A stretch of DNA of 42,215 nucleotides from Candidatus Woesearchaeota archaeon (GTDB taxonomy: Archaea; Nanobdellota; Nanobdellia; Pacearchaeales; GW2011-AR1), in contig CAYRKK010000002.1 of assembly GCA_964424875.1 (NCBI GenBank), positions 1-42,215 on the forward strand. Reading direction: 5' to 3'. The notes under the pieces were generated by a model, which saw nothing but the letters and a program-made list of their open reading frames with translations, was not told where the DNA came from and made no database searches. Both the position numbers and the translations under genes were made by a program. This document shows, in pieces, positions 19,333 through 27,048 of this stretch (positions are counted from its first letter, which is position 1; each line of letters starts with the position of its first letter).

Positions 19333-20229
19333 TTAAACTCTTCCAATCTCTTTATTTTTTTTCTCACAACTCCCAACAATCTCAACACTTCTCTTCCCCC
19401 CAAACTTCAACTCTCCTGCTTTTTCAATTAAACCTTTCCTCTCCTCAGGAATATCTTCATCTTTTGATTTTTCTAAATAATCTAAAACTTTTTTCTTTTT
19501 AACAGATATGGGAATTTTAGAAGTATGAGGTCCTCCAATACAACCTCCAACACAAAACAAAACATCTAAAAATTTTATTTTAGGGTTTGGATTATCTAGA
19601 AACTTCATAATTTTTTTTATCCCATCAATAATCAAAACCTCTTCTTTTTTTATAACACCTTTTAAATGCGCTGTTTTTGCCAAACCCCCTGACAAAGGAA
19701 ATATTTTAGTATAATCATTATAAAACTTATTAAATAAAACATCTCCCTTTATTTTCTTAATTTTCTTTTTCTTAAAAATTTCTCTCAACTGCTCATAATC
19801 AATAACATAATCAATATATTCAGAATTTTCAGATTCAATTTTTTTAAAATCACAAGGAGAAATAAAAACAGTTTTATGTTGAGGATATTGCTTTTTAGAA
19901 ATCTTAGCAGTTGCAATCATTGGACTATCAACTTTAATTAAATTCTTTTTATACTGAGGATATTTATTGCAAATTGTTTCAACAATTCCAGGACAAGGCG
20001 ATGCAATCACCAACTCCTTTGAATTCTTCAATTTCTTATGATAATCCCTGTTAATCATCTTAGCACCAAAAGTTAATTCAATAGCTTTATCAAATCCCAA
20101 TGCCCGAAGTCTAAATATTATTGACGGATACTCAAACTCAGCAACAAAACTCGGAGCAACAAGAGCAATCATTTTAACACCCTGTTCTAATTCAGAAACG
20201 ATTTTATTAATGTTGTTTTTTTCAAACAT
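19333..20229 (-). CDS. short [FeFe]-hydrogenase H-domain-like protein (Fe_hyd_lg_C-like) without N-terminal ferredoxin domains
   Basis: ASPCPGIV aligns to L1 TSCCPGW, ISPCDFKKIE to L2 MPCxxKxxE, and VLFCVGGCIGGP to L3 MxCxxGCxxGG. Confidence 0.65.
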   Translation of the reverse strand: MFEKNNINKIVSELEQGVKMIALVAPSFVAEFEYPSIIFRLRALGFDKAIELTFGAKMINRDYHKKLKNSKELVIASPCPGIVETICNKYPQYKKNLIKVDSPMIATAKISKKQYPQHKTVFISPCDFKKIESENSEYIDYVIDYEQLREIFKKKKIKKIKGDVLFNKFYNDYTKIFPLSGGLAKTAHLKGVIKKEEVLIIDGIKKIMKFLDNPNPKIKFLDVLFCVGGCIGGPHTSKIPISVKKKKVLDYLEKSKDEDIPEERKGLIEKAGELKFGGKRSVEIVGSCEKKNKEIGRV

Positions 20230-20315
20230 TCTAACACCTTTTTTGCAAATAAAACAAGAATTATTAGTTTTTATATTTTTAGATTTCTTCTTTTTCGAAA
20301 TTTATTAGGGCCTTA

Positions 20316-20456
20316 TCACTTAGTAGGTCCCAATCTTTGAACTTCATTTTCAATCATTTTATCAATATCTTCTGCACTTAAGATATATCTAGGTTTTACC
20401 TTCTTTGCTTCTTTGAACAATTTTTCTAAATCTTTGTTAGAGAGTTTTATTTTCAT
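20316..20456 (-). CDS. possible 46-aa small ORF in the divergent intergenic region
   Basis: My own translation is MKIKLSNKDLEKLFKEAKKVKPRYILSAEDIDKMIENEVQRLGPTK*. ATG start and TGA stop. Below the track cutoff. No motif recognised. Confidence 0.3.
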   Translation of the reverse strand: MKIKLSNKDLEKLFKEAKKVKPRYILSAEDIDKMIENEVQRLGPTK

Positions 20457-20580
20457 CTTGATTATTTATTATAGTGGGGGATACTTATTTAAATTATTTT
20501 TTGTTTAAAATTTTTTACAAATCTTCAAGAAGATAACTTAAATTTCACAAGCCATGTTAATCATTAACAAAAACAAAAGA

Positions 20581-20588
20581 TTTAAATA
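20581..20588 (+). promoter_or_regulatory. candidate TATA box of the HEPN/NTase pair
   Basis: tttaaata is centred about 26 nt upstream of the ATG at 20610. Confidence 0.45.
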
Positions 20589-20609
20589 CTTTTAGTTAAT
20601 CATTAATTT

Positions 20610-21044
20610 ATGGAAGATACAGATGAAAAGTTTTCAGAAGAAGAAAATAAAAAAGAATCAAAAGAATCAAAACCTTTAATAAAAAAAGCAAGAAACTACT
20701 TTATCCTTGGAAAAATTGGAGAATCATTAAAAATGTTCTCAGAATCAGCATCTAATTATTTTAAATCTCTTTCAGCAGTAAATGATTTTGTTCTAAGCAA
20801 AATAAACCTTGAGCCAAAAGATCATGGGCAAAGATTTTCAATGTTAAAAGAGCACTTTCCTGAATTTTATAAAATAACTGATTCATTATTTACTGTGTAT
20901 AGAAAAACTTACACCTCTGAATTAACTAAAGAAGAATTATCAAGATTAAGAGAAAAAATAAAGGAGGCTTTTCAAAATGCAAAAATCAGAATCCCAACTC
21001 TTGAAGAGATTAAAGAGCAAGCTGAAATATTATCTAAAAAATAA
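20610..21044 (+). CDS. HEPN-like helical protein paired with a nucleotidyltransferase
   Basis: All-helical 144-aa ORF directly upstream of, and overlapping, an NTase gene. The assignment rests mainly on the pairing, which is common in archaea. No clean R-x4-6-H motif was seen. Confidence 0.45.
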   Translation: MEDTDEKFSEEENKKESKESKPLIKKARNYFILGKIGESLKMFSESASNYFKSLSAVNDFVLSKINLEPKDHGQRFSMLKEHFPEFYKITDSLFTVYRKTYTSELTKEELSRLREKIKEAFQNAKIRIPTLEEIKEQAEILSKK

Positions 21045-21558
21045 AAATATAATAGATATAGTTTTAATAGGCTCTTTTTTAAAAGACAAAGAAAAACCTA
21101 GAGATATAGATATTATAATTATTTTTACAGAGAAAAATTATAAAATAATTGAAGAACTGGCATTCCAAATAAAAGAGGGCCTGTCAGAGATAGTTAAGAA
21201 CAAAGAAATTCATATAGAACCAATTATTATTCATAATTTATTTAAAGAAAAGATATTCTCAAGTATTCTTCATGAAGGTTTTAGTATTAAAAATAACAAA
21301 TATTTTTCAGAGTTAACAGGTTTTAATGCTTTTTCTCTATTCACCTTTTCATTAAATAATCTTTCAAAAATAGAAAAAGTAAAGTTTTCTCAAGCATTAT
21401 ATGGAAGAAAAAACAATGGACTTCTTTACGAAGAAAAAGGAAAACCTCTTGGCAAAGGTTCTTTTATTGTACCAATTCAAAAACAAGAACTCTTTAAGGA
21501 AATGTTAAATAAATGGAAAGTTAAATATAAATTAAATAGAACTTTAATTAAAGATTAA
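20977..21558 (+). CDS. nucleotidyltransferase-fold protein
   Basis: IVLIGSFLKDKEKPRDIDIIIIF is a GS ... D.D NTase motif. It overlaps the upstream ORF by 68 nt in another frame. Confidence 0.65.
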   Translation: MQKSESQLLKRLKSKLKYYLKNKNIIDIVLIGSFLKDKEKPRDIDIIIIFTEKNYKIIEELAFQIKEGLSEIVKNKEIHIEPIIIHNLFKEKIFSSILHEGFSIKNNKYFSELTGFNAFSLFTFSLNNLSKIEKVKFSQALYGRKNNGLLYEEKGKPLGKGSFIVPIQKQELFKEMLNKWKVKYKLNRTLIKD

Positions 21559-21599
21559 CAAAATCAACATATAATATAATTAAAACCTAAATAAGAAAA

Positions 21600-21800
21600 A
21601 TGAAAAAAAGAAAATTTGAATTAATAAAAAAGTCTGTTCTAAAGAATATGTTCTTAAAGAAAAATATAAAAATAGGAAACAAAGGAATTTCTAAATTTTC
21701 AGAATTCATTCAAAAATTTGCAGAAGATTTAGTAGATAAAGCATTAAGACAAGCAAAACTTTCTGGAAGAAAAATAATAAGAGCTGAAGACATTGAATAA
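21600..21800 (+). CDS. archaeal histone-fold protein
   Basis: 66 aa. The C-terminal half AEDLVDKALRQAKLSGRKIIRAEDIE matches the HMf-type A..A.HAGRKT...DI pattern. Confidence 0.75.
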   Translation: MKKRKFELIKKSVLKNMFLKKNIKIGNKGISKFSEFIQKFAEDLVDKALRQAKLSGRKIIRAEDIE

Positions 21801-21837
21801 ATCCTGATTCTTTTCATTCATTGAGTTTTAAGTTAAA

Positions 21838-22191
21838 TTAATACCTAAAAAGACGATAAAAAGAACGAGGATTAGAAGGTTCTTGATATCTATCTGCAAG
21901 GACTTTTCCGGTCATTTCATTATCCCATCTTACTAAATCAACATGAGGTCCTTCATTGGGAATATCTCTTTGGAAATAGCTTTTAGCAGCAGTTTCATCT
22001 AAAAAAAATCTACATCTCACAGGTCCTGTAAAAGTAAATGTTCCCCTATTAACAGAATAACAGGGAAATTTAAAAGGCATTTTTGAATCACCATTAATTC
22101 TCCCAATTGCATCTTCCATAGTTCCTAATGCTCCTGATTTTTTCCATATCTTTTGGAATCTTTCTTCTTTTATTTTACTTGGATTTACCAT
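21838..22191 (-). CDS. orphan hypothetical protein (117 aa), co-directional with and downstream of the oxidoreductase genes
   Basis: Clean ORF. Its composition is richer in G/P/R/F than its neighbours. No motif recognised. Confidence 0.5.
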   Translation of the reverse strand: MVNPSKIKEERFQKIWKKSGALGTMEDAIGRINGDSKMPFKFPCYSVNRGTFTFTGPVRCRFFLDETAAKSYFQRDIPNEGPHVDLVRWDNEMTGKVLADRYQEPSNPRSFYRLFRY

Positions 22192-22287
22192 AAATATTTA
22201 CAAAAACCACCCTTTATAAATATTTCTATCCTTTACTACTTTATAGATACAACTTAAATTTCTAAAATAAAAACTATTAATTAGATA

Positions 22288-23127
22288 TCATCTTAAATTT
22301 TTCCACCCAACCTTCCTCTTCTTCAAATCAGCAAGCTGAGGCCACTCTTCATCTAAACTTAATTTCTTTTCTTCATAAATCACACCAATAGGAATCTTGC
22401 CATTTTTCATATTATAATTCCATTCATCAGCCAACTTCTCTGCTTTCACCTTATCTTTATTATCAGAAATCTTATACATTTTATCATCTGTTTTATTTGC
22501 ATCTAAATTAAAAATCAAACAATCCTGAATTACTTCTACAAAACTAAATCCTTTATGTTTTATTGCTTTTTCTAAAATTAAAGCAGTTCCTGCAATATCT
22601 TTTGCATCAGCTCGGGCAATAAAACCTCCTCCTGAAGCTAATGCAATTTTAATTGGATTTAAAGGTCTATTAAATTCACCAAGAGGTTCTGCTTTTGTTT
22701 TAAATCCTTGTTGAGAAGTAGGTGTTGCCTGCCCTGTAGTTAAACTAAAACTTTGATTATCATGAACAACTAAAGTCATGTCTGGATTAAATCTAAATGC
22801 ATGAATAAAATGAGAAATGCCTTCTGAATAATTTGCACCATCACCTATAAAACTTAATACTTTTAAATTTGGATTTCCAAGTGTAATTCCTAATCCAGTA
22901 GTTAATGCTCTGCCATGCAATCCATAAATCCCACTTAAATTAAGATAATCAAATATTTTTGCATGACATCCTATATCTGTAGTCATAGCAAAATCCTCAT
23001 GTTTATATCCTTCAGAAATTAATTTTGCAATTGCCCTCTTCACACTTTCAAGTATAAAATGATTTGGACATCCAGGACACCACGTGTTCTCATTCTTTGT
23101 TCCTAAATTATTTTTTATTTCTTTCAT
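22288..23127 (-). CDS. 2-oxoacid:ferredoxin oxidoreductase, beta (TPP-binding) subunit
   Basis: CPGCPNH near the N-terminus and a GDGANYSEG ... DNQSFSLTTGQ TPP-binding block. Confidence 0.9.
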   Translation of the reverse strand: MKEIKNNLGTKNENTWCPGCPNHFILESVKRAIAKLISEGYKHEDFAMTTDIGCHAKIFDYLNLSGIYGLHGRALTTGLGITLGNPNLKVLSFIGDGANYSEGISHFIHAFRFNPDMTLVVHDNQSFSLTTGQATPTSQQGFKTKAEPLGEFNRPLNPIKIALASGGGFIARADAKDIAGTALILEKAIKHKGFSFVEVIQDCLIFNLDANKTDDKMYKISDNKDKVKAEKLADEWNYNMKNGKIPIGVIYEEKKLSLDEEWPQLADLKKRKVGWKNLR

Positions 23128-24677
23128 ATTCTCTCAATCTCCTCCTTTAACTCATCTGAATAAAAAGGTCTTGAATCATATTTTAAAATCCTCTTCTCAA
23201 TCTTAATTCCTGTTTTCTCTCTAATTAATCTACCTAATTGTCCTGTTAAATTATTCTCAACTAAAATAACCTCCCCCCCTAATTTCAAAACTTTTTCAAT
23301 CTCTTTTTTAATTTCATTAGATAAAGGTTTCATATACAAAACTTGTAAAAATTTATAATCTCCCTTGCTGTTTTTAATAGAACCATCAATTGCATCTAAA
23401 GCATCTAAAATAACAGTTTTAGTTGAACCCCATCCAATAATTAAATTCTTAGCTTTTTCAGAACCATAAATTTTAATCATCTCAAATTTTGAACATTCAT
23501 TTTTTATCTGTTCATACTTTTCCAAACGAGCATCAGCATTTTTAGAAGTTAAAACAGCATCCTCTGTTGTATTTCCAAATTTATCATGTTCATATGATGA
23601 TGCTTTTACAATTCCTTCACCAGGAACTTTTCTTTTAACATCAATTTTTAAAATTTTATTAGCCTGCTTATCAGAACTAAACTCACTTTCAGCTAAATGC
23701 TTGTCACTTAATATCACAGATAAACATCCAAATTTTTCAGATAAACAAAATCCTTCATTTGTTTTTTCAATACATTCAATTGGATCTCCAGGCGCAATAA
23801 CTACTCGAGGAAACTCTCCATGTCCTCCTCTAAGAGCAATATCTAAATCTCCCTGAGTTGTATAAGTTGGAACTCCTGTTCCAGGTCCAGGACGAGAAGC
23901 TAAATAAACAACAAGAGGAATTTCTGTGATTCCCTGCAAACTCAATCCCTCTGTCATTAAATCATAACCTCCTCCAGAACTTCCAATCATCACCTTAGCT
24001 CCAGCAAATGAAGCACCCAATCCAGCATTTACAACAGAAATTTCATTTTCAGGTTGAAATACCATAAAGCCATTTTCAATTTGCTTTCCAGCAAGTTCAT
24101 GCATTACACCTGTTGCAGGAGTCATTGGATATGCTAAATATAAATCAATTTTAGAATTAACAGCACCTTGAGAAACAGCTTGCGTCCCAGTCATAATAGA
24201 AATCTTATTATTTAATTTCTTCAATTCAAACTTTTTCTCCTGACTTTCAAAACCTTTTTCAGTAGCAGCATTTGCCTCTTTATTATGAAACTGATTTTCA
24301 ACTTCATCAATTAAAACCTGCTTATCAATTCCTAATATTTTAATTAAACATCCAGCAAGAGCAATATTCAAATTCCTTCCCAAATCCTTAAACTCATCAC
24401 TTTTAATAACTATTCCATCTTTTTTCAATTCATTTTCATGCAAACCAATAGTTTTCTCATCCATTGCAACAACAACATCTAACTTACTTTCAATACTCCC
24501 AATTCTTTCATCACTAACACTAAGAACATTAAAATTATGCCCTCCTCTAATCAGCGAAGGATAATCTCTATAATTAAAAGTAAAATAACCAAGTTTAACT
24601 AAAACTTTTGAAACAATCTCAGATACTTTGTTAATACCTTGTCCTGCTTTTCCACCAATTAAAATATTAAGTCGCAT
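23124..24677 (-). CDS. 2-oxoacid:ferredoxin oxidoreductase, fused gamma-alpha subunit
   Basis: The N-terminal ILIGGKAGQGINK block is gamma-domain-like, followed by the alpha-domain block MTGTQAVSQGAV ... AYPMTPATG. ATGA-type overlap with the beta gene. Confidence 0.88.
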   Translation of the reverse strand: MRLNILIGGKAGQGINKVSEIVSKVLVKLGYFTFNYRDYPSLIRGGHNFNVLSVSDERIGSIESKLDVVVAMDEKTIGLHENELKKDGIVIKSDEFKDLGRNLNIALAGCLIKILGIDKQVLIDEVENQFHNKEANAATEKGFESQEKKFELKKLNNKISIMTGTQAVSQGAVNSKIDLYLAYPMTPATGVMHELAGKQIENGFMVFQPENEISVVNAGLGASFAGAKVMIGSSGGGYDLMTEGLSLQGITEIPLVVYLASRPGPGTGVPTYTTQGDLDIALRGGHGEFPRVVIAPGDPIECIEKTNEGFCLSEKFGCLSVILSDKHLAESEFSSDKQANKILKIDVKRKVPGEGIVKASSYEHDKFGNTTEDAVLTSKNADARLEKYEQIKNECSKFEMIKIYGSEKAKNLIIGWGSTKTVILDALDAIDGSIKNSKGDYKFLQVLYMKPLSNEIKKEIEKVLKLGGEVILVENNLTGQLGRLIREKTGIKIEKRILKYDSRPFYSDELKEEIERI

Positions 24678-24742
24678 TTACTTTTCCTCATTTTGATTAT
24701 TAAGAAAATAAAGCCTTCTTTTTAAACTTTATTATCATTTTC

Positions 24743-24952
24743 TCAAACTCTCTCCTCAATAATCCTTGAAACAGATTTCCCAGTTTTCTTACTCATCACC
24801 CTTAATTTCTCAATTGTTTCAACTGACAGAGTTATATCTATTCTTTTTCTTTGAAAAGAAAGTTCATGAGTCTTATCATAATTTTCAAGAGCTTCAAATA
24901 CCTTTTTATATTTCTTCAATATTTTATTTATTTTTTTCTTACCTAATGCCAT
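24743..24952 (-). CDS. ribbon-helix-helix (CopG-like) small protein, probable Doc partner
   Basis: The C-terminal RIDITLSVETIEKLRVMSKKTGKSVSRIIEERV fits a strand-helix-helix pattern. It overlaps the Doc ORF by 14 nt. Confidence 0.6.
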   Translation of the reverse strand: MALGKKKINKILKKYKKVFEALENYDKTHELSFQRKRIDITLSVETIEKLRVMSKKTGKSVSRIIEERV

Positions 24953-25280
24953 TTTTCAATCTCCATTCAATTTGTCTTATATTTGTTATATTATTGCTTG
25001 CAATTGAAATAGAATGATGCAATAATAAATCTCTATCAACTGATTTTTTATTTTCTTCAGCAAAATCAAGAGCAAAAAACATCGCTGTCCTCTTATTCCC
25101 ATCACTAAAAGGATGATCAACTAAAATTGCCCTCCACAAATAAGCTAATTTCTTATACTCTCCTAATTTCATATTCTCCTGCATTTCTATAGCAAAGTCC
25201 AAACTAGAATCACTTCTTAAATTCCCGCCAAATCCTTGATTTATTCTAAGCAAATCTTCCTTACTAATTTCCATACACAT
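24939..25280 (-). CDS. doc: Doc (death-on-curing) family Fic-fold toxin
   Basis: The HPFSDGNKRTA motif is typical of Doc kinases. Confidence 0.85.
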   Translation of the reverse strand: MCMEISKEDLLRINQGFGGNLRSDSSLDFAIEMQENMKLGEYKKLAYLWRAILVDHPFSDGNKRTAMFFALDFAEENKKSVDRDLLLHHSISIASNNITNIRQIEWRLKNGIR

Positions 25281-25299
25281 AAATAGTAGTTAGAAGTAT

Positions 25300-26487
25300 T
25301 TAAATGTTTTGTTTTTTAGATTTTAAAAACAAAAACAAAACAGGAATAATCAACATAATCAAAGCACCAATTCTAAATCCAATATTGATATTATAAATAT
25401 CTGATGAAAATCCAATTAAAGGAACAAAAATAGCAACCCCTAAACCCCTCATTAAATTATAACCAGAAATAACAGTAGCACGAGTACTTGAATCTGTTTC
25501 TAAATGCAATAAATGCTCTGTTGCAGGCCTTCCAATTCCATAAAAAAATTGTTTAATTAATAAAAGAATAATTGCAATTAAAGGAAAAACAAATGTTGCA
25601 AATAAATAAAACAGACTATAACCAAACCCTCCCATTATAATTGTTTTTTTATCTCCTAATTTTTCAGAAACTTCATGAGAAAAATAATGTCCTAAAGAAG
25701 ATACTGCAAAACTTATTGCAAATATATAACCAAAATAAATTATTGGAATTTCATAAAACTGAAAAAATATTGGTTTTAAATAATGTAAAGAATCTCCTAT
25801 TCCAATTAAAATAAGAGCACTGAACAAGATTATTAAAACCTGAGAATTTTTAATAATAACTCCTAAAGATTTAAACATATGTTTAAAAACATTTTTATGA
25901 GTTTCTTTTTCATATTTTGGTTCTACTAACTGAAATGAAAGAAAAGTTGCAATAGACATTGGAATAAGACTCATAATAACAGGTAATGATAAAGAAATAG
26001 ATGCTAAATACCCTCCAACAACAGCACCAATACTAGCACCAATTGGCCATAATGCATATTTAGTTCCAATAATTTTTTTAAAATATTTTTCCTTGCCTTC
26101 TTGCTTTAATGTATCATAAATTAAAGCACTATCTGCCCCACTAAACATACTTCTACCAAATGCATTAATAATAGCATATAAAACAAACATTATCATTATA
26201 TTCCCAATAGCTAAAAAAACAAAACTTAAAAGAATCACAAATCCAGAAATAATTATTGATTTTTTTCTTCCAAGCAAATCAGCAATAGCACCAGTTGGAT
26301 ATTCAAATAAAACAATAGCAATAGATTCAATAGAAATTATTAATGCCACATTTGTCAGTGTAAATAAACTCTCCTCAATATATAAAGCAAAAATAGGCAG
26401 GAAAAATAACATACCTCCAAAAATAGACATAATATAAAAATAAAAAATATTCTTAGATTTAATTCCATAAGTATTAAAGAGTTTCAT
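25300..26487 (-). CDS. MFS transporter, copy 2
   Basis: Protein identical to copy 1 over about the first 311 aa and divergent only at the C-terminus. Confidence 0.85.
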   Translation of the reverse strand: MKLFNTYGIKSKNIFYFYIMSIFGGMLFFLPIFALYIEESLFTLTNVALIISIESIAIVLFEYPTGAIADLLGRKKSIIISGFVILLSFVFLAIGNIMIMFVLYAIINAFGRSMFSGADSALIYDTLKQEGKEKYFKKIIGTKYALWPIGASIGAVVGGYLASISLSLPVIMSLIPMSIATFLSFQLVEPKYEKETHKNVFKHMFKSLGVIIKNSQVLIILFSALILIGIGDSLHYLKPIFFQFYEIPIIYFGYIFAISFAVSSLGHYFSHEVSEKLGDKKTIIMGGFGYSLFYLFATFVFPLIAIILLLIKQFFYGIGRPATEHLLHLETDSSTRATVISGYNLMRGLGVAIFVPLIGFSSDIYNINIGFRIGALIMLIIPVLFLFLKSKKQNI

Positions 26488-26583
26488 TTTCCACCTTTTT
26501 TAGAACTAATAACTAAGAGTTTTTAAAACTATCAAAATTCTTATTTACTCTTTGATTTCCTTTTAATAAACATAACAATAATC

Positions 26584-26591
26584 AATATAAA
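26584..26591 (+). promoter_or_regulatory. candidate TATA box of ORF 26613..27044
   Basis: aatataaa is centred about 25 nt upstream of the ATG. Confidence 0.4.
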
Positions 26592-26612
26592 CTATTTTTT
26601 CGATTTAGATTA

Positions 26613-27044
26613 ATGTCAGAAGTTTTAAAATTAATTTTAGAGAATAATGCTGGAGAAATTATTTATATTCATCCCTTGCCTAAAGAGAGATTTAAAGAAA
26701 AGGCATGGAGGACAACCTTAGAATTAAATGGAGAATGGGCAAGAAGAGCATTAGGATTGGAATTTGAAAGTGTAAGTCAAGCATTTAGAGAAAGAGGGTA
26801 TGAGGAAACAATTGGTTGGCCATCTGATTGGAAACATTTTTCTGATATTTATGTCTTTGCCCCTAATGAAGGAGGACTAGTAAGAGGAATAATTCAGTTA
26901 GCTCGCGATTATAATATGGATCCAAGAATAGAAGATATTGTTCCTTATTATGACACAAATATAGATAAAAAAGAACAACAAGATTTTTTAATAGAAAAAG
27001 TTGTGGAATATATTGAAGTTGTTAATAGTTTATTAGAGTCTTAA
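26613..27044 (+). CDS. orphan hypothetical protein (143 aa)
   Basis: Clean ORF with an acidic, W-containing composition unlike its neighbours. Convergent with acs, with a 4-nt gap. Confidence 0.5.
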   Translation: MSEVLKLILENNAGEIIYIHPLPKERFKEKAWRTTLELNGEWARRALGLEFESVSQAFRERGYEETIGWPSDWKHFSDIYVFAPNEGGLVRGIIQLARDYNMDPRIEDIVPYYDTNIDKKEQQDFLIEKVVEYIEVVNSLLES

Positions 27045-27048
27045 TTAA

